Shown here: positions 36,475 through 50,120 of the stretch, piece after piece
Layout: each line of letters starts with the position of its first letter
Position numbering within the stretch: position 1 is the stretch's first letter
Assembly (NCBI RefSeq): GCF_037042905.1
Contig: NC_087245.1
Span: 38,440,001-38,504,000 of the forward strand
Length of the DNA: 64,000 nucleotides
Direction: 5' to 3'
From: Lytechinus pictus
Lineage: Eukaryota
Program-made: the position numbers and the translations under genes
Notes under the pieces: model-generated
Told to the model about the DNA's origin: nothing
Database searches by the model: none
What the model saw: the letters and a program-made list of their open reading frames with translations, nothing else

Positions 36475-36622
36475 GTTTCAACATTGCATATGACATTATC
36501 ATTGATGAAAGATGAAAGAGCAATGTAGACAAAATGCCCTGTTCAGCTAGGCCATGTCTGCAATCGAACCCAAGACTTCCATGGTAGAGTCGTGCGCCTT
36601 AGACCACTTGGCCACGGCGCTC
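36475..36622 (-). mobile_element. tRNA-derived SINE head
   Basis: A box TGGCCAAGTGG, B box GGTTCGATTGC at tRNA-like spacing; anticodon and T arms do not pair properly. Confidence 0.6.
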
Positions 36623-37227
36623 CGAGGCCGGCCCCACACACTTACAGCCTGTCTCCCTCCCTCACACCCACCTTCACAAGTTCACACACATGTGATGGGA
36701 GCGTTCCGTTTGAGAATGATTTGCGATCGAAATTAATGCGCCTCCAAAAATCAAACGCTTCTTGTTTTTCAACCAATGAGGTACGCGTATACACAGGTAA
36801 AACCTTGTTTAAAATGTCATACAACGCTGTTTACTATTCAATTTCAATTTTAATTTATTTCACTCAAAATTAAAAACAATTACAATGTAAAAGTATATAT
36901 TACAATAAAATAGAATGTGGAGACAGCTTGGAAGAACATTGAAGTCTTATGAAATGCTGCCACCAATGATACAAACAATTAAAACCAAGTAATACTATAT
37001 GAAACGTACAGTACCCGTTTTGATGGTTTAAACAAGTGCTTAAAACCTTCAACAACATTATTTAAGTCTCAATAGATTAAGTATGGTTTTTAAGCTTTTA
37101 AACAATTACTGTTACTGTAAGTTTCATAGCGTTTTTTAATCCTCAAACACCGTTTTTACTGTATTTAACGTTCAATAAAGCCACCATCAGGCCATAAAAT
37201 CTATCACGTTTTCTTTATCTTTAATGC

Positions 37228-37535
37228 TACACTGTTAAAAAAAACCTGATTTTACAGGGGAAAAGGAAGATTTTAGCAGAAAACAATAACAGAATCATTC
37301 TGTAATTTCATAAAACAGGATTTTTTTCTGCAATTTAACAGAACAGGCCTGTTTAAAAAGGGGAAAAGGGTGTTTTATTTAAGGAAATTTGTGAGGTTCC
37401 ATACACCAAATACCAATTTCCTGTAATTTTACATGATGTAATGTAAGATTACGCAATCTGGTAAGATTACAGGTGTTCTCGAGACTCTGCGGCAGGAACT
37501 TCTTTTATTTTAAGGATAAATTTTCTAACAGTGTA
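37228..37535. mobile_element. MITE (tacactgtta...taacagtgta family)
   Basis: Short TIR; near-identical copy at 58644-58955. Confidence 0.82.
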
Positions 37536-37615
37536 TGCAAATATATCAATCGTATAAGTATAACATATCTGTATCATTAAAGGTACTTCATTCACTATTT
37601 TAACACAAAAAGGGG

Positions 37616-40200
37616 TTTGATTTGATTTGATTTATTGATTTCCGTTTCACAACATAAGCATGATAAGTATAACAAAACAAGGTCGAAAATAATGCAAGAC
37701 GTAATAAAATATACATAACATAATCTTAGATTTAAGGAACACAATTCAATAAATAAAATTACCTTGTATGACAATTGTATTTTAAAGTAAAACGGAGGGT
37801 CTTGCCGAAAAAAGCAAAGCTTGTACAAAAGGCAAGCCCCTAAATAAACTTAGTTACATTACAAAAAAAATAGCATTAGGGAGAGAGGGGGAATGTGAGG
37901 GGGAGAAGAGGGGAGGGACAGAGAAGTGCAGGGTACATAACATAGAAAGAAAGCGGGCAGCAGGAGCAGGTACTTTGGCTAGTTGCAATTTTAAGAAGAA
38001 AACAGTAATAACAAATAATATTCAGTTATTCAGCATGATCTGCTTGCAACGAGTATTGCAATATTAACATTTTTTTCAGTTTGCGTTTAAAAATATTTAT
38101 ATTAGGGGATTCTTTAAAATCTTGAGGCAGAGAGTTCCAGTAGGCAGGCCCGGAAAAGACAAATGAATTCTTTGCAAATAGAGTTCTTGTTAATGGGAGA
38201 TGATAATATTGTCGTTGCCTTGTTGGGTAACAGTGTACGGATGCATTTTTATGGAACATATTTGAGAAAATAGTGGGGAGATCGTCCTTGCTTAATTTGA
38301 ACATAAATTGACTTAGTTCGAAGAGATATATGTCACTTACTTTGAGGATGTTATTTTCAAAAAATAAGATATCAGTATGTGATCTAAAGTGTGTTTGAAA
38401 AATTATTCTTAGAGCTTTTTTCTGGAGAAGTAATATTCTATTTAGTTGTGTTTGTATTGCACATCCCCAGGCAATTATTCCGTAATTTATATATGGTAGA
38501 ATAAGTGTGTAGTATAGTGTTAACAAAGTTCGAGAAGGGAGAAAATGTTTGAGTTTATTAATAATTCCAATATTTCTAGAAATTGTTTTACATGTACTAT
38601 CGATATGAGGCTTCCAGGATAATTTGTTGTCGATAAGGACACCCAAGAATCTGGTAGTGGAAACATTATTAAGAACGAAATTATCAAAGAAAATACTGTC
38701 TGGTAGAGTATTGATTTTATTACTAAAAAGCATGTAGTTTGTTTTCTGGTGATTAAGCAAAAGTTTGTTGGCCTTGATCCAATCTGTAACATTTGTTAGT
38801 TCAGAATTTATGATTCTAACGAGTTGGTTAATATCATCATGGGAAAAGAAAATATTGGAGTCGTCAGCAAAAAGTATAAATGAAAGTAAATCTGATGTAT
38901 TTTTTATATCATTGATATAAGTAATAAAAAGAAGTGGGCCTAGTAGGCTACCCTGGGGGACACCGCAAGTAATTGGAAGAGTAGATGAAATGTTATTATT
39001 TACTGATACAAATTGGGTCCTATCAGTGAGGTAGCTCCTGAACCACTCCAAGGCCTTCCCTCTAACTCCATAATGACGTAGTTTATGAAGAAGAATTTCA
39101 TGGTTTATAGTGTCGAAGGCCTTGGAGAAGTCCAGGAAAATACCGACAGTATGACAACTATTATCGATGGAAGTGGTGACTTTATTAATAAATGATAAAA
39201 TTGCATGGGAAGTACTATGGTTTTCACGGAATCCAAATTGGAAGTTTGAAAAAATTTTGTGTAATTTGAAAAAAGCACTTGTTCTGGTATGGACAAGTTT
39301 TTCTAGAATTTTAGAAAGTGAGGTTAGTAAGGATATCGGACGATAGTTGGAAACGAGTTGGCTATCACCCTTTTTGAACAGTGGGATGACTTTGGAGATT
39401 TTCATGTTATTGGGGACCCGTCCAGTGCTAAGAGATGTGTTAAAGATATGTACTAATGGGTCAACGATGGCTGCAATAATTTTTTTTAGTAGAAAGTTAG
39501 GTATACCATCGTACCCCGGGCTTTTCTTATTCTGTAGATTGCTAACTATATTTAATATTTCCATCGAATTAGTAGGATTAAAAAACATGGAATTGGGGTT
39601 AGGGTCGTCGAGGAAATCGGAAAAAGATTTGTTAGTTCGAGGAATATTTTTAGCCAAGTTGTTGCCAACATTTGAAAAATACGAATTGAACTCTCTTGTG
39701 ATTATATCAGTGTCGTCTGTGATAGTATTGTTTGATTTTATTTTTGTGATTGTAGAGCTTTTTTTCTTTTTGTTCAGTACATTATTGATAATCTTCCATG
39801 TATTTTTCATATCATTTTTGTAGATGTTTAATTTAGAAGTGTAGTATTCCCTTTTGGCAATACGTAATAATGTGGTAAGGGTGTTTTTATAACAAGTGTA
39901 CTTAGAGCGAGAGTTTTTGCTTGGTTTAGAGATATATTTGTAATAAAGGTTATTTTTACGGTTAATAGATCGTAAGAGAGATTTAGTAATCCAGGGATGT
40001 ATTGGGATCTTTTTATAATTTGATTTTCGGTTGGTAATAAGAGGAACATGGGTATCTAAAGAAGACGTTAATTTGGTTATAAAAGAATCGTAAGCTACAT
40101 CAACGTCTGTGGAGTCAAAAATGGTCGACCAGTCTGTATTGTCTAAATCATTAATTAAATGGGAAATGCTATCATCGGTGAATCGGGTTATAGTGGGAGA
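37616..40200 (-). mobile_element. 5'-truncated CR1/L2-group LINE with uninterrupted ORF2 fragment (38026-40200)
   Basis: PWITKS, SPGYDGI, NYRPISLL, FLDFSKAFDTINH, GVPQGSLLGPLLF, LFADDS, RFLGV; frame stays open 130 codons upstream of the listed Met; 3' UTR hairpin and (AAATC)n tail. Confidence 0.93.
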
Positions 40201-41427
40201 ATCTATAATATTTCACTTACTCTGTCAAATTTTACGTTCCAGATAAAATACAGCTGAAGTATACAATTTGTATTATGTCATGAATATAAACGAATCTAAT
40301 AATTTCGATAAGACCAATTTGCACATCTTATGTTCAAGTTGTGACATGAAAAGTTCATCTGCATGAATGTATTTTCTCAATAAATTACAAATCACGAATG
40401 TTTCACAGAGATAATACAATATTTTGAAAATTCAGTAGCTTCTATTAGACTTTGATCGAAATTTCACTTGGCGGGCTTTTAAACCTTACTTTATTTATCC
40501 AAATCATATGATCATTAAGTGCACCTTTAAAATGAAAGGCAAATTTAATTTCAAACATAACATAGTTCAGGCAATATTTTTCACCAAAAAAACGGCGAGG
40601 GGGAGAAGGGCCCCCCCCCCCCAAAAAAAAAAAAAAAAAAAAAAAAATGAAATAAATAAATAAATAAAAGAAACCCTGGCTACCCCCTTACGGTCAGCCT
40701 TTCCTTCTTTATCAATTACACCTTAATTAGATTAGAATAGCTGGAAGTAGCAAGCATACAGACGATCAATTTTTCCTCCTCTTTTGGGAGGGTAACGAGC
40801 GAACAATCAATAGCTTAATGACGAGGGGAGAGAAATAGAACGCTGAAATACGTGAATTGTTGCCCTGCTCTGTATAAGTCCTTAGTCCCACTCGAAACGA
40901 CTCATGCTGGTACTTCAAATAACCCCTGGATGAACGTTTTTATTTGTAGTTAATTAATTTCGGAAGACGATCCCCTTTGCACGCTACATTTCAAAGAGAA
41001 GATAACGAAGGAATATTCAGGGGTAAAATGGGGTGAGTGGTTGAATGTATAATGGGTTGGGGTTGAGGCCGAGGAAACCGCGGCTGAAACATAAGATTAA
41101 AATAAGTTAGACAGAAGATACAAATATAATACCATGATATCAAGTGAAAACATATAGAGAAGATAGGCAGAGACAATGAAGACAGAGGGTGTGTGTGTGG
41201 GTGGGTGTGCGGGGTGGATGTGTGTGCGTGTGGGTGAAGGTATATGTGTTTTGTGGTTATATTATGTTATACATGCATGGAGTGTCAGCATACCAATGAC
41301 ATATTCTTATTATTATTTCACTTCAGAAGCTTCCTTCTTATTTTTTCTCTCCTCTCTGACTCTATTTTCACCCCTCCTTCTCATTCCCGTCATAGACCGG
41401 TATTCTGAAAACGAAGATGAGCACTAT

Positions 41428-41738
41428 GGCCCGTATTCTGAAGTCGGGTTTAACTTAAACTCAGGTTTAAAGTTGTGGTTTAAGTATGGCGAGCCAATTG
41501 TTACATAAATCACTAACAGTAGAGATATCATACTTCAGCTCATTTGGCTCTCAAATCATTCATAATTGTCTAGGAAGTATAAAAAGATTATTGGCTTCTC
41601 CATCGATGAATCAGGAAAGAGCACAGTAAACATAAGAAACATACAACTTAATAACAAATTTGATACTTTTGGCTTCCCATACTTAAACCACAACTTTAAA
41701 CCTGAGTTTAACTTAAACCCGACTTCAGAATACGGGCC
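41428..41738. mobile_element. MITE (ggcccgtattctga family)
   Basis: Long near-perfect TIR ggcccgtattctgaagtcgggtttaacttaaactcagg; body matches 31543-31856. Confidence 0.87.
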
Positions 41739-42454
41739 TATAGGTTCGAAAATTAAAACCGCCACTCGGAACGTCCCAAAAAAATTTAGGTCAACAACAA
41801 AAATGAAAGACAAACAAGTTGCCAAAGCATTTTTGAAATATAGCACTGTGTGTGGGAACGATTCGCCATACATGCACAATCAGATACAAACGTCATTGAT
41901 AACTATTTCCCATCTTAATTTCGTGTCAAAGTCGTTTTTTTATGCACAGTGAGAAGGCATGCCGTAATGAATAGTCAGACCATGTGAATCCACCGGGGGG
42001 GGGGCAGGGTCGACATAATTTTCCTTTGATTTTCAAGTAAAATATAATAAAGAGAACCAGGAAGAAGCAAGAAAATACGATTATCCAAAAGAAAAGTCTG
42101 GATTACAATCCTGTTTCCCCATAGGCTAATCTATTAAAAATGAGATTCATTTACAAAAATAAGTTTTACAAATGACACAATGCATACCCTTGTTATTAAG
42201 TTTTTTTCCGGCGGTTTTTTTTTTCTTCTTCTTCTTTCGGTATAGGGGGTCCGTAGCCCAGAATACATCGACACTTGACTCCAGCAAAAGTGGTGATAAG
42301 CATTCTCGGGCAACTAATAATGTCCCCAAGAAATTCCAGGAGGACCAAAATCGTCCATCATTGGACTCATCTAAAGCAGCGGTAAAAGCACTAATTGAAA
42401 TGTGCTTAATTGATGACTATTTTTTAAATATGATATCAACTGGACCACACAATC

Positions 42455-42704
42455 CAGTTGGTCCAGTGGTTGGCACATTGGACTCATAATCGTAAGGTTG
42501 TGAGTTCGAATCCCCACTCTGCCATTGTCTCCGCTTTGATAAAAAGACCCGAGAATAATATATGTCGTCTATAACGTCAGCTACTATGGCTGATTAACCC
42601 GACGTAAAATGTTTCCTAGGTAATTGGTTATACCAGCTTGGCGTTAACCAGCAGAAGCTGTCCTGTCGAGTTCCTACAGGAGTTACCAGAAACAGAAACA
42701 GAAA
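42455..42704 (+). mobile_element. tRNA-derived SINE
   Basis: A box TGGTCCAGTGG (42459-42469), CTCATAA loop, B box GAGTTCGAATCC (42502-42513), about 180-nt body, (AGAAAC)n tail; acceptor stem unpaired. Confidence 0.7.
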
Positions 42705-42929
42705 GAGAATTATTATTTAAATCAAGAAAAATGGATATTACGTTTGGGATGTCTTCCTCTCCTTTCGAATTTCCTGGTTTTTTCAAACCATGTTTTGTTT
42801 CAAGTTATACATTGTTTTCACCACATTTTTTTCTGCCTGTCAATTTCGAATCATCAATCATTCAAGAACATTGCTACATGTTACATGTACTTCATTGGTT
42901 CCTGTCATCGCTACTCAGCGTTTAACTTT

Positions 42930-43175
42930 GAATGAATGAAGGAATGAATGAATGAATCTTTATTTCGTTTTAATTCCGACAACAGTTACAGTAACTCTTT
43001 GTATTACAAATAAAGTGCAAAGAACAAAAGTAAATAATTAATGAATATACTGTATATACTACATGTACTACATTATTATGTAACATTGCAACATGGATGA
43101 GATAAGATGGAAAAGAAATGCGGTGACTTACTACGAAGCTTAGCTTGTGGGTCATATAGGCCACCAGAATGTTTT
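42930..43175 (-). mobile_element. LINE 3' UTR remnant
   Basis: Minus-strand hairpin ggtggc...acaagct...gtcacc, AATAAA and (ATTC)n tail, like the other LINE 3' ends here. Confidence 0.5.
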
Positions 43176-44588
43176 AAATTAAAACAATCAATCGTTTAAA
43201 TCCTGTACGAACAACAAACAAAAATATGAAACAAATTGGAGTAAATAACCAAATTACTTAACAATAGGATTGATAATGGGATTTAACTTTGCCATGTCGC
43301 AACTTTTAAGAATGCAATTTCTATATGTATTCTAAGAAAACAAATCCCTCACATTTCCAGATGTTTCGAAAATAACATTCGATTATTGAATAAGAGACTT
43401 AAATGGTTACAATTTCATATTTGACATTCTATTTTATAATACCTATAATATTGCCTGTACAGGAATCTGACGTGATACACTATACAGGTTACATCGGTAT
43501 GGTCAAATATACTTCCAGTACCAACGGCAGATGATATCAATATGCAAAAGGCGAGATGCCAACGGACCGGTAATCGACTGGGCTATTATCTTCGATACAT
43601 CTCCTTTTTGTACCTTTCCCCCTTTCTCTCTTTCCACATCAGGTTATTCAGGGGACATCATCCGTGAAAAGAAAAACACGGGACGAGAATTTCCTCCCTA
43701 AAACGGCGACCAACAAATTTGCAAGGGGTAAACACCGCTGGAAGAGGAGGGATCTGGAGGGTAAACACCGGATGCAGAGGAGCGCTATCTCCAGGGCGAC
43801 TCTTAAGATAATATTTTCCCTCGCGCGGGAAATTCAGGCATTTTCTTATGGCATGCTGAAAAGAAATGAGTATATTTTTATCGTATCTATATGAAAAACT
43901 GGTAAGATTGCCCAACCTGTTAGCTTAACAGATTAATCTTCTGAATAAATACAATAGTGTTCTTTTAATGAAAGTCGTTGTGTATGAAATGGCACTTAAA
44001 TTGCTCATAAAAAAATGAAATATCATTTTAATCGAATAATTCGAATTGAAGCAATTAGCTCTTTTCTGTCGTGAATAGCATTACAATACTTTTAATTTCG
44101 CATTCTCACATCTTTGCATCGTATGAAATTACGATTGATTGATCAATTGTAGTTGTTTCACTGTACGATTTGATCAGAGCTAATATAAAACTTCAAATAC
44201 GCCCCACTTTATTGACTACTGTCATGATCACAATATAAACTTCATGAATAATAAATAAAGTGATTAACAATTCAACATCAATAATTTCTTAATATTTTTG
44301 TAAATAGATTCTATAACTTGGTAATTTTTAAAAAATGTAAACGCTTATTACTTTATTCATTAAATTCGACCATACCTAAAAATTTGGAAAGCTGTAAGCA
44401 AGACATTGTATAAAGGCTAATAAATACCCCCTCAAGGAAATAACAGTGTTTTTTTTTCTTTACAAAGAGAAAATGCTCCACTCCAGTAAATGTGGCAAGC
44501 TGGAACATTTTCGTACTGTGACTATGTTTAGCCTGCGTCACAATGTGTTCTTACTGCAGGGTCGTTTACATCTCCATAATCTACCAGG

Positions 44589-45542
44589 TGGGTGTTTCAT
44601 AAAGCTGTTCGTATAAGTAAAGAGCGACTTTATGAGAACGACTGGTGAACCTTTCTTATGCGCTAAACCATCGCAAATGATATCCCATTTACCACAAGAA
44701 AGGATCACCAGTCGTTCTTAAAGTCGCTCTTAACTTACGAACAGTTTTACAGGTGGGTGATTCATAAAGCTGTTCGTAAGTATAGAGCGACTTTATAAGA
44801 ATGACTGGTGAACCTTTCTTGTGGTATATGGTAGGCTTATACACCGATGTTCATTGGCGATGGTTTAGCGCGTAAGAAAGGTTCACCAGTCGTTCTTAAA
44901 GGGATGGTCCGGGCTGAAAATATTTATATCTGAATAAATAGAGTAAAATTCACAGAGCAAAATGCTGAAAATTTCATCAAAATCGGATAACAAATAACGA
45001 AGTTATTGAATTTTAAAGTTTATCAATATTTTCTGAAAAAAATATATGCACATCGCCATGAATATTCATTATGTGGGCTGATGATGTCACATCCCCACTT
45101 TCCTTTTGTTATGTTATTACATGAAATCATAAATGTTTCATTTTTTCATACACGTGTAAATTATGTGTCTCCATTATGATGAAATAAGTTGCAGCAATAA
45201 ATAACTAATGCACTTAATCAGTTTCAATCCAATTGTTTTAGTTCTCGGTAGAAATTTTTTAAATAAACCTAATTTCATATAATAAAATACAAATGAACAA
45301 GTGGGGATATGACATCATCAGCCCACCTAATGAATACTCATGGCGATTTGCATATATTTTTTTCACAAAATATTGATAAACTTTAAAATTCAATAACTTC
45401 GTTATTTGTGATCCGATTTTGATCAAATTTTCAGCATTTTGCTCTGTGAATTTTACTCTATTTATTGAGATATAAATATTTCCAGCCTGAACCATCCCTC
45501 TTAAGTCGCTCTTAACTTACGAGCATCTTTATGAAACGGCCT
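44589..45542. mobile_element. Two tandem palindromic MITEs (44589-44750 and 44754-45542, the second interrupted)
   Basis: ttcataaagctgttcgtaag...agagcgacttt...gactggtgaacc and its reverse complement, present twice. Confidence 0.75.
44896..45504. mobile_element. TTAA-flanked long-TIR element nested in a palindromic MITE
   Basis: ttaaagggatggtccgggctg / cagcctgaaccatccctcttaa; interrupts cgttcttaa^agtcgctcttaacttacga of host element. Confidence 0.85.
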
Positions 45543-46084
45543 CCTGGAATTAACACAGTGTTCCAATTCCAAAGTGTGAAGCAAGATGTGAAACAACTAT
45601 GTGTAAAACTATCTTTACAATGTCCGAATTCGATACTCTGAATCACAATCATGAATACGTTGAAAGCGAGATATCTTATAGCTGTATAGTGGATAATCGA
45701 ATATTCAGGCCAGTAGGCCACCGTGTGGTATATAACACTACTGAGGTTACCACAGTATGGTCATCATCCGTAAATTGTTCAACCAGAATGTTTTCACATG
45801 GTGATTGTAAATCAATTCGATACTGTTGACACACAATATTTCAATGCGTATTTCAGTGTGTCCACGGTGTGAGATCGTGCTCGTAATGTTGAATTCTGTA
45901 ATGTAGATATTGTGATATGGAACGTGAATGCGTTTTAAATCACACTTTGAAGGTGTCCTCGGTATGAAAGCATCTCCACATTGCTGAAGCTGGGCGTTTA
46001 ATGATCAAATGATGTGAATCAAATCTTCAGAACACATGTGAAACGTTGTGTCTGTCCAAGAGGATTATTTATAATAACACTTCG

Positions 46085-46380
46085 CTTCAAACAAAGACGC
46101 AATCACCTAAGATGATGAACTTCTATGAACATTCGATATAAGGCAGCTTCAATCTAAGATGATCCACTCAAGACACTTTGGGACAGCTTGATAGAACAGT
46201 GCATAAACCTCCCAGGCCCTTGCAGGTTCGTGCTTCAAACATAAAGACAATCACCTAAGATGATCAACTTTGATCAACAGTCGATAGTAAGGCAGTCTTA
46301 ATCTAAGATGGTCCACTCATGACACTTCGAGAACGCTTGAAAGAACAGTACAAGTACCTTGAAGCCCTTGCGGTTTCGTA
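46085..46380. repeat. Two-copy direct repeat of about 150 bp
   Basis: cttcaaaca..aagac..aatcacctaagatgat...aaggcag...aatctaagatg.tccactca.gacactt...cccttgc at about 46085-46230 and 46233-46380. Confidence 0.8.
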
Positions 46381-47929
46381 TCGTTTGTGTTGCCTCAGTC
46401 ACACAAATAAAACCGATCACCAGACCGATCAAAGCTATCACGTTATAACCAATGGCGAACTATCGATCGGTTTGTTGTTGTTCCGTGGGTGTGACTGCAG
46501 CATCAGGAATGACAGAATATCAGGTTGCTCTCTATTTCCGAAAGACAAGACATCCAATATTTGATGCCTGCGTATACACGATGCAGAAAGAGAAACACGT
46601 ATGAAGATATTCCAAGTCAAAGCTGGGTTTTCTGGAAAGAAAAGTCTACTCACCTATGGTTAATATTAGACAGGATTTATCGATTAAGAATTGTGTTTAT
46701 AAGCAGGAGAAAGTATGTTAACCTCGAAGATTATAACGCTGACGGAGAATTAAAACAGCAATGAACAAACTTATGACGGCACCAAAGTACACCGAGGAGT
46801 TCCCATCCAGTTTAAGGTAAAAACAACTCTCTCACAATTTATAACAAATGGCAAAGGAAACAGCTTACATGTTTATTCTTTATGGGCAAATACGGTGGCT
46901 ACAGCCAGTGAATACAAATAGAACTCTTCAAGTATATGACTTTATGCACTTTTTAGCCCCAGGAGTGACTCCCGGTATATGAATTTTCCCCCCTTGTGCC
47001 CGCTGGAGTTTACTCAGCTGGTTATGGTCATATTTTCAGAAATTTATGCTACAAATTTGAGCTGTGTGACGTCCGAGAAGGCATTATCTTCAATTTTGTG
47101 GCAGGGCGGTAAAGCGGGTTAGTTAATTGTGACGTAGAGTCCTTTTATTCAGTCCTCTAGACGCGGTACGATCATGGATGGGGGAGGGTGAGCCAAAATT
47201 CTTCATCTTCATTCAGACAAGGCAACGTCACATGGGTGGTTCTGAAAAACACAACTGTTGTTCTAAAATGCCAGAAGAGAAATCTGACTGGAAACACGTT
47301 GTAAGACATTGCAGGACAGGTGTGTTCGTCACTGCTCTTTCTTTACTCAACTTGTCAACATCATCAACAGGAAGACAAGACAAAGCAAGATCTTACAAGA
47401 CCGAAGGCCGCTTAAGCCGGTATTATGGGATACAGCGCTTCGAAGCATTGTATTAAGCGCTATGTTGCATATTATTCTTTTTATCATTATAAAATACATT
47501 GTGATACATTGCAGAAGAAGACAGTGTGTGTTCTTCACTGCTTAATGTAGATATAAATGATACAAATTGGGGATTTTGTCATCAAGTGGTAATGTGGATT
47601 TGATTTTTAAAAAAATGTATAATGAAAAAAGGGGAGAAGTCTAAAAGCATTAGGCTTATACTTGTCAAAATAAAGCCGAAACTAATTACATCGGATTTAT
47701 CTCCGGTCATAGAAGAGTGGGTATAGGGAGAGATCTGCTGAATTCAATCTATGCATTAATCATAATTGCATATTCGTCCCATTATACGAGCATAGAAAAA
47801 AAAAAATGAAATGCATCATACAGCGTGCTGATGAGTAACACTGAATGTAGAGGTGAATTGTATTCCAAAATTGAGTACAGAAACTTTATTGTTAATACTA
47901 TATCATTCGTGTTTTATCACCGTTGTAGA

Positions 47930-48140
47930 TATCAATATCGTCACCGTATTGTATTATTATTTTTACTATCATTTTCATTGTTATCACTATTATTATTGTA
48001 GTTGTTCTTGTTATCATTATTTTCATTATCATCATTATCATTATAATTATTGTCATTATTTCATGATCATTATTATTACTATCAATATTATTCATTATAA
48101 TTATTCTCATCATCATCCTTATTATTTTCATCTCTATCAT
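47930..48140. repeat. Degenerate (ATT/ATC)n microsatellite
   Basis: Trinucleotide low-complexity tract; similar tracts at 5960-6030, 24585-24660 and 34375-34560. Confidence 0.85.
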
Positions 48141-48339
48141 TTATGTTTGAAACCATCATCCTGTGTCGCAAGTCTGTGACTGGCACTTTCTAGTGAGTAT
48201 TTTTCACAGTATATGTATTCTTATTAAAAAGACATGATAATACTATGTTAAACACGATATTAAATGAAAAGACAACGAAAACAGCTACACGTGGCACGCG
48301 CTTCCACAATATGTGCAATTGCATTATACATTATATGGA

Positions 48340-48489
48340 GCAGGGGCGGATCCAGGATTTTACGAAAGGGGGACACACTTCTGTTTTAACGGCATTTTTA
48401 CATTACAAATTTTATTTCAATTGTGCTTCTCAAAGGGGGGGGGGGCACGGGCCGGCTGTGCCCCCCCCCCCCCTTTGGATTCGCTAGTG
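48340..48489. mobile_element. hAT-like MITE
   Basis: caggggcggatccagg ... ttggattcgctagtg with G/C homopolymer subterminal tracts as in other elements here. Confidence 0.55.
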
Positions 48490-48491
48490 AT

Positions 48492-48730
48492 ATGGAGGGA
48501 TATGGAGACTGTGCCTTTTCATCTATTGCTCCAATCTTCTGGAACTCCCTCCCTTCTTCACTCCATGAAATTGACAACATTGAACTCTTCAAATCGTCTC
48601 TCAAAACTCACTTATTTCAGCAGATGTGTAGTAATTAGCTTAATTGGATGAGCCCGCACGTTTGAATTGTTTGAACAGAAATATGGCGCAATATAAATGC
48701 TGTGGGTCACCATCATCATTATTATAATAC
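48492..48730 (+). mobile_element. 3' fragment of L2-like LINE
   Basis: GYGDCAFSSIAPIFWNSLPSSLHEIDNIELFKSSLKTHLF is a typical L2 ORF2 terminus; short UTR and (CAT/ATT)n tail. Confidence 0.75.
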
Positions 48731-50120
48731 ATTATTGATACAAAAATTTGAGTGAATCTTCTTATAATTTCCTTTTGTGGGTCATATATGGGCCTGCCGT
48801 CTGAGGGAGTAGGATACGAGTCGGTCATATTTGGGCCTGTCACGCCGGAAGGGTCAACCCTTCATTGAAATATTACAACATTATCATAAAAAATAATTAC
48901 AAAACGGATTAAGAGAAATACAATGAAGAAGAATTATTAAAAATCAATCAAATCTACATTTACAAAAATGAGGAGAAAGTTTACTTTTGTTTTTAGTGAT
49001 TTTTTTTTCAATTTGAATCTCGTATTACATTACCTTTACAATATATCGGCACGCAATATTTTTTTAATTATCGCCTCCTTTAGTTTGGACTATCATAAAT
49101 GTTCATCAAATACATTTGACATTCAAAACATTGTTTTGCCAGGAGGGATATCGATAATGTTTCGATTAAACAAGACGTTACAATCAAAATGTTTTCTCCA
49201 CCTCCCATGTGGGTTTACCATGGGGGCATTGATGACGAAAAGGTTCTAGAATGTTCATACACGATTCTCCTTCCTCTCTCACACTTCTCTATCATCCCTA
49301 CATACTCTCGTTTTCTCGTACTTTCCCCATTCTCTGTTTATCCTATTCTTTTCATATTTTCTTCCTCTCATCCTTTTCTTACTCCCCTCTACTTATCTTT
49401 CTCCCTCTCCCTCTTCATCCCCTGCCTTTCTGACTCTTTTAATCTACAGACCACAGGGGTCCGTCACACAGATGTTCGCAATCAATCATCTAAATGGTGA
49501 TGACCAATCCAGATCAATGATGCAACCGCAGCCCTTTTAAAATACTGCCCAGGAACCAATCAAAAGTGTGCTCTCACATTTGCTATCAATCCCCACACCT
49601 TGGTGGTACCGGGCCCATGCAGATGGAGGGGAAAGATGCTAAGATAATCATCCCACACCAATCACAGAACTGTCACTCGAGAAGCGAGTGATTATCGCCT
49701 ATGGTAATTGTCTGTTTTTCATGCTAACGAGGAGGTCTCAAGTTGCCCGGGTAGAAATTAACCGTCAGGTGTCAGTGACTCAAAGTGACTTGTTACCATG
49801 GCAACCACATTATCAAGACCCAATCTAACATCTTAACCCATCACCCTCACGTTGCCGTAATTCTCAATTGTAGAAGCACCTTAGTATATGTTATGTTCGT
49901 TGGGACATCCGGTGATCTCTCTTATACTTTTAACATCCCATATAACAATTTCAATTAAATATTACTCTTAGAAATTAAGTGTTAGATCAATCTCTACCTT
50001 TGTATATAAACTGGGAATAATCTTTTCTGAGCACATGTCAATAAATAAGAGATTGGTTCAATCACAGAGAGACTATAATCCCTCATATCAATTGGTTTCA
50101 GAATCCAAAGTCACAAAATA

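Noticed and set aside
36551-36622. Minus-strand tRNA gene
   Set aside because: Cloverleaf incomplete; better explained as a SINE head
39828-40049. Separate ORF or frameshift in the LINE
   Set aside because: Off-frame overlap; the true ORF2 frame is open continuously from 40200 to 38026
40216-40260. Missing FKBP upstream exon (LYFIWNVKFDR|gtaagt)
   Set aside because: Phase fits but it lies in apparent transposon sequence abutting the LINE and encodes no signal peptide
42455-42525. tRNA-Met(CAT) gene
   Set aside because: A/B boxes and CAT loop present but acceptor and anticodon stems do not pair and a SINE-like body and tail follow
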